Shown piece after piece: positions 1 to 10,600 of a stretch of 64,000 nucleotides of DNA. The first letter of the stretch is position 1; every line of letters begins with the position of its first letter. Location: the NCBI GenBank assembly GCA_964016885.1, contig OZ024743.1, forward strand, positions 141,794,001-141,858,000, in the 5' to 3' direction. The position numbers and the translations under genes are program-made. Origin of the DNA: Eledone cirrhosa. Taxonomy: Eukaryota. Below the pieces are notes generated by a model that saw nothing but the letters and a program-made list of their open reading frames with translations, was not told the origin of the DNA and searched no databases.

Positions 1-650
1 GATGTTTGGTGTTTGGTGCTTGGTGCCTGGTGCTTGTTGTATGGTGTTTGGTGCTTGGTGCTTGGTGTTTGGTGTTTGCTGCTTGGTGTCTGGTGTTTGG
101 TGCTTGGTGTTTGGTGTTTGGTGCTTGGTGCTTGGTGCTTGGTGTTTGGTGTTTGGTGCTTGGTGCTTGGTGTTTGGTGTTTGGTGCTGGGTGCATGGAG
201 TTTGGTGCTTGGTGCTTAGTGCTTGGTGTTTGGTGTTTGGTGCTTGGTATTTGGTGTTTGGTGTTTGATGCTTGGTGTGTGGTGCTTGGTGCTTGGTGTT
301 TTGTGTTTGGTGCTTGGTGCTTGGTGACTGGTGCTTGGTGCTTGGTGCTTGTTGTTTGGTGCTTGGTTCTTGGTGATTAGTGTTTGGTGCTTGGTGCTTG
401 GTGTTTGGTGCTTGGTGTTTGGTGCTTGGTGCCTGGTGCTTGGTGTTTGGTGTTTGATGCTTGGTGTTTGGTGTTTGGTGTTTGGTACTTGGTGTTCGGT
501 GCTTGGTGCTTGGTGCTTGGTGCTTGGTGTTTGGTGTTTGGTGCTTGGTGCTTGGTGTTTGATGTTTGGTCCTTGGTGCTTGGTGTTTGGTGTTGTGTGC
601 TTGGTGCTTGGTGGTTGGTGTTTGGTGCTTGGTGCTTGGTGCTTGGTGTT
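1..650 (+). repeat. Dispersed higher-order block; copy at ~12060-12700 (offset 12051) and related copies near 17200 and 26070
   Basis: The marker TGGGTGC-ATGGAGT occurs at ~190, ~12240, ~17405 and ~26265. ORF starts 331/12382 and 384/12435 are both offset by 12051 = 7x1722-3, matching the three intervening 6-bp units. Confidence 0.85.
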
Positions 651-1265
651 TGGTGCTTGGTGTTTGATGCTGCGTGCTTGGTGTTTGGTGTTTGGTGCTT
701 GGTGATTGGTGTTTGGTGTTTGGAGCTTGGTGCCTGGTGCTTGTTGTTTGGTGTTTGGTGCTTGGTGCTTGGTGTTTGGTGTTTGGTGCTTGGTGTTTGG
801 CGCTTGGTGCTTGGTGTTTGGTGTTTGGTGCTTGGGGTTTGGTGTTTGGTGCTTGGGGTTTGGTGTTTGGTGCTTGGTGCATGGTGTTTGGTGCTTGGTG
901 CTTGGTGTTTGGTGCTTGGTGCTTTGTGTTTGGTGCTTGGTGTTTGGTGCTTGGTGCTTGGTGCTTGGTGCTTGGTGTTAGGTGTTTGGTGCTTGGTGAT
1001 TGTTGTTTGATGTTAGGTTCTTGGTGCTTGGTGTTTGGTGTTTGGTGCTTGGTGCTTGGTGTTTGGTGTTTGGTGCTTGCTGCTTGGTGCTTGGTGTTTT
1101 GTGTTTGGAGTTTGGTGCTTGGTGTTTGGTGCTTGGTGCTTGGTGTTTGGTGTTTGGTGCCTGGTGCTTGGTGTTTGGTGCTTGGTGTTTGGTGTTTGGT
1201 GATTGGTGCTTGGTGTTTGGTGCTTGGTGCATGGTGCTTGGTGCTTGGTGTTAGGCGTTTGGTGC

Positions 1266-1503
1266 TTGGTGCTTGGTGTTTGATGTTTGGTCCTTGGTGC
1301 TTGGTGTTTGGTATTTGGTGCTTGGTGCTTGGTGTTTGGTGTTTGGTGCTTGCTGCTTGCTGCTTGGTGTTTGGTGCTAGGGGCTTGGTGCTTGGTGTTT
1401 GATGTTTGGTCCTTGGTGCTTGGTGTTTGGTATTTGGTGCTTGGTGCTTGGTGTTTGGTGTTTGGTGCTTGCTGCTTGCTGCTTGGTGTTTGGTGCTAGG
1501 GGC
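1266..1503 (+). repeat. Tandem duplication, period 119 bp (17 monomers)
   Basis: The series TTGATGT-TTGGTCC...TTGGTAT...TTGCTGC-TTGCTGC...TAGGGGC starts at 1280 and again at 1399. ORF starts are at 1287 and 1406. Confidence 0.9.
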
Positions 1504-4500
1504 TTGGTGTTTGGTGCTTGGTGTTTGGTGCTTGGTGTTTGGTGCTTGGTGCCTGGTGATTGGTGTTTGGTGTTTGGTGCTTGGTGTTTGGTGCTTGGTG
1601 TTTGGTACTTGGTGTTCGGTGCTTGGTGCTTGGTGCTTGGTGTTTGGTGTTTGGTGCTTGGTGCTTGGTGCTTGGTGTTTGATGTTTGGTCCTTGGTGCT
1701 TGGTGTTTGGTGTTGTGTGCTTGGTGCTTGGTGCTTGGTGTTTGGTGCTTGGTGCTTGGTGCTTGGTGTTTGGCGTTTGCTGTTTGCTGTTTGGTGTTTG
1801 GTGTTTGCTGTTTGGTGTTTGCTGTTTGGTGTTTGGTGTTTGGTGCTTGCTGTTTGGTGCTTGGTGCTTGGTGTTTGGTGTTTGGTGCTTGGTGTTTGGT
1901 GCTTGGTGCTTGGTGCTGGGTGTTTGGTGCTTGGTGCTTGGTGTTTGGTGCTTGGTGCTTGGTGCTTGGTGTTTGGTCCTTGGTGCTTGGTGCTTGGTGT
2001 TTGGTGCTTGGGTTTTGGTGTTTGGTGCTTGGTGCTTGGTGTTTGGTGCTTGGTGCTTGGTGCTTGGTGCTTGGTGTTTGGTGCTTGCTGCTTGGTGCTT
2101 GGTGTTTGGTGCTTGGTGCTTGGTGATTAGTGTTTGGTGATTGGTGCTTGGGGTTTGGTGTTTGGGGCTTGGTGTTTGGTGCTTGGTGCTTGCTGTTTGG
2201 TGTTTGGTGTTTGGTTCTTGGTGCTTGGTGTTTGGTGTTTGGTGTTTTGTGTTTGGTGCTTGGTGCTTGTTGTTTGGTGCTTGGTGCTTGGTGATTAGTG
2301 TTTGGTGCTTGGTGCTTGCGGTTTGATGTTTGGTGCTTGGGGTTTGGTGTTTGGTGCTTGGTGCTTGGTGTTTGGTGCTTGGTGCTTGGTGCTTGGTGTT
2401 TGGTGCTTGGTGCTTGGTGTCTGGTGCTTGGTGCTTGGTGCTTGGTGCTTGGTGTTTGGTGCTTGGTGCTTGGTGCTTGGTGTTTGGTGCTGCAGGCTTG
2501 GTGTTTGGTGTTTGGTGCTTGGTGCCTGGTGCTTGTTGTTTGGTGTTTGGTGCTTAGTGCTTGGTGTTTGGTGTTTGGTGCTTGGTGCTTGGTGGCTGGT
2601 GTTTGGTGCTTGGTGTTTGGAGTTCGGTGCTTGGTGCTTGGTGCCTGGTGTTTCGTGCTTGGTGCTTGGTGCTTGGTGTTTGGTGTTTGGTGCTTGGTGT
2701 TTGGTGTTTGGTACTTGGTGCTTGGTGCTTGGTGCTTGGTGTTTGGTGCTTGGTGTTTGATGCTGCGTGCTTGGTGTTTGGTGTTTGGTGCTTGGTGCTT
2801 GGTGTTTGGTGCTTGGTGTTTGGTGTTTGGTGTTTGATGCTTGGTGTTTGCTGCTTGGTGCTTGGTGCTTGGTGTTTTGTGTTTGGTGTTTGATGCTGCG
2901 TGCTTGGTGTTTGGTGTTTGGTGCGTGGTGCTTGGTGTTTGGTGTTTGGAGCTTGGTGCCTGGTGCTTGTTGTTTGGTGTTTGGCGCTTGGTGCTTGGTG
3001 TTTGGTGTTTGGTGCTTTGTGCTTGGTGCTTGGTATCTGGTGTTTGGTGCTTGATGTTTGGTGTTTGGTGCTTGGTGTTTGGTGTTTGGTGCTTGGTGCT
3101 TGGTGTTTGGTGCTTGGTGTTTGGTGTTTGGTGATTGATGCTTGGTGTTTGCTGCTTGCTGCTTGCTGCTTGGTGTTTGGTGCTAGGGGCTTGGTGCTTG
3201 GTGCTTGGTGTTTGGTGCTTGGTGCTTGGTGCCTGGTGCTTGGTGCTTGGTGCTTGTTGTTTGGTGCTTGGTGCTTGGTGATTAGTGTTTGGTGCTTGGT
3301 GCTTGCGGTTTGGTGTTTGGTGCTTGGGGTTTGGTGTTTGGTGCTTGGTGCTTGGTGTTTGGTGCTTGGTGCTTGGTGCTTGGTGTTTGGTGCTTGGTGT
3401 TTGGTGCTTGGTGCTTGGTGTTTGGTGTTTGGCGTTTGCTGTTTGCTGTTTGGTGTTTGGTGTTTGCTGTTTGGTGTTTGCTGTTTGGTTTTTGGTGTTT
3501 GGTGCTTGCTGTTTGGGGCTTGGTGCTTGGTGTTTGGTGTTCGGTGCTTGGTGCTTGGTGCTTGGTGTTTGGTGCTTGGTGCTGGGTGTTTGGTGCTTGG
3601 TGCTTGGTGTTTGGTGCTTGGTGCTTGGTGCTTGGTGTATGGTCCTTGGTGCATGGTGCTTGGTCTTTGGTGCTTGGGTTGTGGTGTTTGGTGCTTGGTG
3701 CTTGGTGTTTGGTGCTTGGTTCTTGGTGCTTGGTGCTTGGTGTTTGGTGATTGCTGCTTGGTGCTTGGTGTTTGGTGCTTGGTGCTTGGTGATTAGTGTT
3801 TGGTGATTGGTGCTTGGGGTTTGCTGTTTGGTGCTTGGTGTTTGGTGCTTGGTGCTTGCTGTTTGGTGTTTGGTGTTTGGTTCTTGGTGCTTGGTGTTTG
3901 GTGTTTGGTGTTTGGTGCTTGGTGCTTGGTGCTTGGTGTTTGGTGCTTGTTGCTTGGTGCTTGGTGTTTGGTGTTTGGTGCTTGGTGCCTGGTGCTTGTT
4001 GTTTGGTGCTTAGTGCTTGGTGTTTGGTGTTTGGTGCTTGGTGCTTGGTGGCTGGTGCTTGGTGCTTGGTGTTTGGAGTTTGGTGCTTGGTGCTCGGTGC
4101 CTGGTGTTTCGTGCTTGGTGCTTGGTGCTTGGTGTTTGGTGTTTGGTGCTTGGTGTTTGGTGTTTGGTACTTGGTGCTTGGTGCCTGGTGTTTGGTGCTT
4201 GGTGTTTGATGCTGTGTGCTTGGTGTTTGGTGTTTGGTGCTTGGTGCTTGGTGTTTGGTGTTTGGAGCTTGGTGCCTGCTGCTTGTTGTTTGGTGTTTGG
4301 TGCTTGGTGCTTGGTGCTTGGTATCTGGTGTTTGGTGCTTGATGTTTGGTGTTTGGTGCTTGGTGCTTGGTGCTTGGTGTTTGGTGTTTGGTGCTTGGTG
4401 CTTGGTGTTTGGTGCTTGGTGTTTGGTGTTTGGTGTTTGATGCTTGGTGTTTGCTGCTTGGTGCTTGGTGCTTGGTGTTTTGTGTTTGGTGCTTGGTGCT

Positions 4501-4989
4501 TGTTGTTTGGTGCTTGGTGCTTGGTGATTAGTGTTTGGTGCTTGGTGCTTGCGGTTTGATGTTTGGTGCTTGGGGTTTGGTGTTTGGTGCTTGGTGCTTG
4601 GTGTTTGGTGCTTGGTGCTTGGTGCTTGGTGTTTGGTGCTTGGTGCTTGGTGTCTGGTGCTTGGTGCTTGGTGTTTGGTGCTTGGTGTTTGGTGTTTGGT
4701 GCTTGGTGCTTGGTGCTTGGTGTTAGGTGTTTGGTGCTTGGTGCTTGGTGTTTGATGTTTGGTCCTTGGTGCTTGGTGTTTGGTGTTTGTTGCTTGGTGC
4801 TTGGTGTTTGGTGTTTGGTGCTTGCTGCTTGCTGCTTGGTGTTTGGTGCTTGGTGATTGGTGCTTGGTGTTTTGTGCTTGGTGCTTGGTGTTTGGTGTTT
4901 GGTGCTAGGGGCTTGGTGCTTGGTGCTTGGTGTTTGGTGCTTGGTGCTTGCTGTTTGGTGCTTGGTGTTTGGTGCTTGGTGTTTGGGGC

Positions 4990-7900
4990 TTGGTGTTCGG
5001 TGCTTGGTGCTTGGTGCTTGGGGCTTGGTGTTTGGTGTTTGGTGCTTGGTGCTTGGTGTTTGATGTTGGGTCCTTGGTGCTTGGTGTTTGGTGTTTGGTG
5101 TTTGGTGTTTGGTGTTTGGTGCTTGGTGCTTGGTGTTTGGTGTTTGGTGCTTGGTGCTTGGGGCTTGGTGTTTGGTGCTTGGTGCTTGGTGTTTGGTGCT
5201 TCTGCTTGGGGCTTGGTAGTTGGTGCTTGGTGCTTGGTGCCTGGTGTTTGGTGTTTCGTGTTTGGTGCTTGGTGTATGGTGCTTGGTGCTTGGTGCTGGG
5301 TGGTTGGTGTTTGGTGCTTGGTGCTTGGTGTTTGGTGCTTGGTGCTTGGTGCTTGTTGTTTGGTGCTTGGTGCTTGGTGCTTCGTGATTGGTGCTTGGTG
5401 CTTGGTGTTTGGTGCTTGGTGCTTGGTGATTAGTGTTTGTTGCTTGGTGCTTGGGGTTTGGTGGTTGGTGCTTGGTGCTTGGTGTTTGGTGTTTGGTGTT
5501 TGGTGTTTGGTGTTTGCTGTATGGTGTTTGCTGTTTCGTATTTGGTTTTTGCTGTTTGGTGTTTGGTGTTTGCTGTTTGGTGTTTGGTGTTTGGTGTTTG
5601 GTGCTTGGTGCTTGGTGCTTGGTGTTTGGCGTTTGGTGCTTGGTGCTTGGTGTTTGGTGCTTCGTGCTTGGTGTTTGGTGTTTGGTGCTTGGTGGCTGGT
5701 GCTTGTTGTATGGTGCTTGGTGCTTGGTGATTAGTGTTTGGTGCTTGGTGCTTGGTGTTTGGTGCTTGGTGTTTGGTGCTTGGTGCCTGGTGCTTGGTGT
5801 TTGGTGTTTGATGCTTGGTGTTTGGTGTTTGGTGTTTGGTACTTGGTGTTCGGTGCTTGGTGCTTGGTGCTTGGTGCTTGGTGTTTGGTGTTTGGTGCTT
5901 GGTGCTTGGTGTTTGATGTTTGGTCCTTGGTGCTTGGTGTTTGGTGTTGTGTGCTTGGTGCTTGGTGGTTGGTGTTTGGTGCTTGGTGCTTGGTGCTTGG
6001 TGTTTGGTGCTTGGTGTTTGATGCTGCGTCCTTGGTGTTTGGTGTTTGGTGCTTGGTGCTTGGTGTTTGGTGTTTGGAGCTTGGTGCCTGGTGCTTGTTG
6101 TTTGGTGTTTGGCGCTTGGTGCTTGGTGTTTGGTGTTTGGTGCTTGGTGCTTGGTGCTTGGTATCTGGTGTTTGGTGCTTGATGTTTGGTGTTTGGTGCT
6201 TGGTGTTTGGTGTTTGGTGCTTGGTGCTTGGTGTTTGGTGCTTGGTGTTTGGTGTTTGGTGTTTGATGCTTGGTGTTTGCTGCTTGGTGCTTGGTGCTTG
6301 GTGTTTTGTGTTTGGTGTTTGATGCTGCGTGCTTGGTGTTTGGTGTTTGGTGCTTGGTGCTTGGGGTTTGGTGTTTGGAGCTTGGTGCCTGGTGCTTGTT
6401 GTTTGGTGTTTGGCGCTTGGTGCTTGGTGTTTGGTGTTTGGTGCTTGGTGCTTGGTGCTTGGTATCTGGTGTTAGGTGCTTGATGTTTGGTGTTTGGTGC
6501 TTGGTGTTTGGTGTTTGGTGCATGGTGCTTGGTGTTTGGTGCTTGGTGTTTGGTGTTTGGTGTTTGATGCTTGGTGTTTGCTGCTGGCTGCTTGCAGCTT
6601 GGTGTTTGGTGCTAGGGGCTTGGTGCTTGGTGCTTGGTGTTTGGTGCTTGGTGCTTGGTGCCTGGTGCTTGGTGCTTGGTGCTTGTTGTTTGGTGCTTGG
6701 TGTTTGGTGATTAGTGTTTGGTGCTTGGTGCTTGCGGTTTGGTGTTTGGTGCTTGGGGTTTGGTGTTTGGTGCTTGGTGCTTGGTGTTTGGTGCTTGGTG
6801 CTTGGTGCTTGGTGTTTGGTGCTTGGTGCTTGGTGTTTGGTGCTTGGTGCTTGGTGTTTGGTGTTTGATGCTTGGTGTTTGCTGCTGGCTGCTTGCTGCT
6901 TGGTGTTTGGTGCTAGGGGCTTGGTGCTTGGTGCTTGGTGTTTGGTGCTTGGTGCTTGGTGCCTGGTGCTTGGTGCTTGGTGCTTGTTGTTTGGTGCTTG
7001 GTGCTTGGTGATTAGTGTTTGGTGCTTGGTGCTTGCGGTTTGGTGTTTGGTGCTTGGGGTTTGGTGTTTGGTGCTTGGTGCTTGTTGTTTGGTGCTTGGT
7101 GCTTGGTGCTTGGTGTTTGGTGCTTGGTGCTTGGTGTTTGGTGCTTGGTGCTTGGTGTTTGGTGTTTGGCGTTTGCTGTTTGCTGTTTGGTGTTTGGTGT
7201 TTGCTGTTTGGTGCTTGGTGCTTGGTGTTTGGTGTTTGGTGTTTGGTACTTGGTGCTTGGTGTTTGGTGCTTGGTGCTTGGTGCTGGGTGTTTGGTGCTT
7301 GGTGCTTGGTGTTTGGTGCTTGGTGCTTGGTGCTTGGTGTTTGGTCCTTGGTGCTTGGTGCTTGGTCTTTGGTGCTTGTGTTTTGGTGTTTGGTGCTTGG
7401 TGCTTGGTGTTTGGTGCTTGGTTCTTGGTGCTTGGTGCTTGGTGTTTGTTGATTGCTGCTTGGTGCTTGGTGTTTGGTGCTTGGTGCTTGGTGACTAGTG
7501 TTTGGTGATTGGTGCTTGGGGTTTGCTGTTTGGTGCTTGGTGTTTGGTGCTTGGTGCTTGCTGTTTGGTGTTTGGTGTTTGGTTCTTGGTGCTTGGTGTT
7601 TGGTGTTTGGTGTTTGGTGCTTGGTGCTTGGTGTTTGGTGCTTGGTGCTTGGTGCTTGGTGTTTGGTGCTGCGTGCTTGGTGTTTGGTGTTTGGTGCTTG
7701 GTGCCTGGTGCTTGTTGTTTGGTGCTTAGTGCTTGGTGTTTGGTGTTTGGTGCTTGGTGCTTGGTGGCTGGTGCTTGGTGCTTGGTGTTTGGAGTTTGGT
7801 GCTTGGTGCTTGGTGCCTGGTGTTTCGTGCTTGGTGCTTGGTGTTTGGTGTTTGGTGCTTGGTGTTTGGTGTTTGGTACTTGGTGCTTGGTGCTTGGTGC

Positions 7901-10600
7901 TTGGTGTTTGGTGCTTGGTGCTTGGTGCTTGGGGCTTGGTGTTTGGTGTTTGGTGCTTGGTGCTTGGTGTTTGATGTTGGGTCCTTGGTGCTTGGTGTTT
8001 GGTGTTTGGTGTTTGGTGTTTGGTGTTTGGTGCTTGGTGCTTGGGGCTTGGTGTTTGGTGCTTGGTGCTTGGTGTTTGGTGCTTCTGCTTGGGGCTTGGT
8101 AGTTGGTGCTTGGTGCTTGGTGCCTGGTGTTTGGTGTTTCGTGTTTGGTGCTTGGTGTATGGTGCTTGGTGCTTGGTGCTGGGTGGTTGGTGTTTGGTGC
8201 TTGGTGCTTGGTGTTTGGTGCTTGGTGCTTGGTGCTTGTTGTTTGGTGCTTGGTGCTTGGTGCTTCGTGATTGGTGCTTGGTGCTTGGTGTTTGGTGCTT
8301 GGTGCTTGGTGATTAGTGTTTGTTGCTTGGTGCTTGGGGTTTGGTGGTTGGTGCTTGGTGCTTGGTGTTTGGTGTTTGGTGTTTGGTGTTTGGTGTTTGC
8401 TGTATGGTGTTTGCTGTTTCGTATTTGGTTTTTGCTGTTTGGTGTTTGCTGTTTGCTGTTTGGTGTTTGGTGTTTGGTGTTTGGTGCTTGGTGCTTGGTG
8501 CTTGGTGTTTGGCGTTTGGTGCTTGGTGCTTGGTGTTTGGTGCTTCGTGCTTGGTGTTTGGTGTTTGGTGCTTGGTGGCTGGTGCTTGTTGTATGGTGCT
8601 TGGTGCTTGGTGATTAGTGTTTGGTGCTTGGTGCTTGGTGTTTGGTGCTTGGTGTTTGGTGCTTGGTGCCTGGTGCTTGGTGTTTGGTGTTTGATGCTTG
8701 GTGTTTGGTGTTTGGTGTTTGGTACTTGGTGTTCGGTGCTTGGTGCTTGGTGCTTGGTGCTTGGTGTTTGGTGTTTGGTGCTTGGTGCTTGGTGTTTGAT
8801 GTTTGTTCCTTGGTGCTTGGTGTTTGGTGTTGTGTGCTTGGTGCTTGGTGGTTGGTGTTTGGTGCTTGGTGCTTGGTGCTTGGTGTTTGGTGCTTGGTGT
8901 TTGATGCTGCGTCCTTGGTGTTTGGTGTTTGGTGCTTGGTGCTTGGTGTTTGGTGTTTGGAGCTTGGTGCCTGGTGCTTGTTGTTTGGTGTTTGGCGCTT
9001 GGTGCTTGGTGTTTGGTGTTTGGTGCTTGGTGCTTGGTGCTTGGTATCTGGTGTTTGGTGCTTGATGTTTGGTGTTTGGTGCTTGGTGTTTGGTGTTTGG
9101 TGCTTGGTGCTTGGTGTTTGGTGCTTGGTGTTTGGTGTTTGGTGTTTGATGCTTGGTGTTTGGTCCTTGGTGCTTGGTGCTTGGTGTTTTGTGTTTGGTG
9201 TTTGATGCTGCGTGCTTGGTGTTTGGTGTTTGGTGCTTGGTGCTTGGTGTTTGGTGTTTGGAGCTTGGTGCCTGGTGCTTGTTGTTTGGTGTTTGGCGCT
9301 TGGTGCTTGGTGTTTGGTGTTTGGTGCTTGGTGCTTGGTGCTTGGTATCTGGTGTTAGGTGCTTGATGTTTGGTGTTTGGTGCTTGGTGTTTGGTGTTTG
9401 GTGCATGGTGCTTGGTGTTTGGTGCTTGGTGTTTGGTGTTTGGTGTTTGATGCTTGGTGTTTGCTGCTGGCTGCTTGCTGCTTGGTGTTTGGTGCTAGGG
9501 GCTTGGTGCTTGGTGCTTGGTGTTTGGTGCTTGGTGCTTGGTGCCTGGTGCTTGGTGCTTGGTGCTTGTTGTTTGGTACTTGGTGCTTGGTGATTAGTGT
9601 TTGGTGCTTGGTGCTTGCGGTTTGGTGTTTGGTGCTTGGGGTTTGGTGTTTGGTGCTTGGTGCTTGGTGTTTGGTGCTTGGTGCTTGGTGCTTGGTGTTT
9701 GGTGCTTGGTGCTTGGTGTTTGGTGCTTGGTGCTTGGTGTTTGGTGTTTGATGCTTGGTGTTTGCTGCTGGCTGCTTGCTGCTTGGTGTTTGGTGCTAGG
9801 GGCTTGGTGCTTGGTGCTTGGTGTTTGGTGCTTGGTGCTTGGTGCCTGGTGCTTGGTGCTTGGTGCTTGTTGTTTGGTGTTTGGCGTTTGCTGTTTGCTG
9901 TTTGGTGTTTGGTGTTTGCTGTTTGGTGCTTGGTGCTTGGTGTTTGGTGTTTGGTGTTTGGTACTTGGTGCTTGGTGTTTGGTGCTTGGTGCTTGGTGCT
10001 GGGTGTTTGGTGCTTGGTGCTTGGTGTTTGGTGCTTGGTGCTTGGTGCTTGGTGTTTGGTCCTTGGTGCTTGGTGCTTGGTCTTTGGTGCTTGTGTTTTG
10101 GTGTTTGGTGCTTGGTGCTTGGTGTTTGGTGCTTGGTTCTTGGTGCTTGGTGCTTGGTGTTTGTTGATTGCTGCTTGGTGCTTGGTGTTTGGTGCTTGGT
10201 GCTTGGTGACTAGTGTTTGGTGATTGGTGCTTGGGGTTTGCTGTTTGGTGCTTGGTGTTTGGTGCTTGGTGCTTGCTGTTTGGTGTTTGGTGTTTGGTTC
10301 TTGGTGCTTGGTGTTTGGTGTTTGGTGTTTGGTGCTTGGTGCTTGGTGTTTGGTGCTTGGTGCTTGGTGCTTGGTGTTTGGTGCTGCGTGCTTGGTGTTT
10401 GGTGTTTGGTGCTTGGTGCCTGGTGCTTGTTGTTTGGTGCTTAGTGCTTGGTGTTTGGTGTTTGGTGCTTGGTGCTTGGTGGCTGGTGCTTGGTGCTTGG
10501 TGTTTGGAGTTTGGTGCTTGGTGCTTGGTGCCTGGTGTTTCGTGCTTGGTGCTTGGTGTTTGGTGTTTGGTGCTTGGTGTTTGGTGTTTGGTACTTGGTG
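4990..10600 (+). repeat. Tandem higher-order duplication, period ~2883 bp (412 monomers minus 1 bp)
   Basis: The 6-bp unit TTCTGC is at 5200 and 8083. ORF pairs 5433/8316, 5738/8621, 6476/9359 and 6714/9597 are all offset by 2883. The offset falls to 2715 (7498/10213) after a 168-bp (24-monomer) loss near 9870. Confidence 0.92.
6000..7160 (+). repeat. Two adjacent 301-bp (43-monomer) internal duplications
   Basis: GTATCTGG occurs at 6161 and 6462, CTAGGGGC at 6612 and 6913, and TTAGTGT...TTGCGGT at 6711 and 7012. All offsets are 301. Confidence 0.8.

Noticed and set aside
2590-2602. Chi-like sequence GGTGGCTGGTG (recurs many times)
   Set aside because: It reads GCTGGTGT or GCTGGTGC, not the E. 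coli Chi GCTGGTGG, and is expected by chance from a GGTG-rich monomer.
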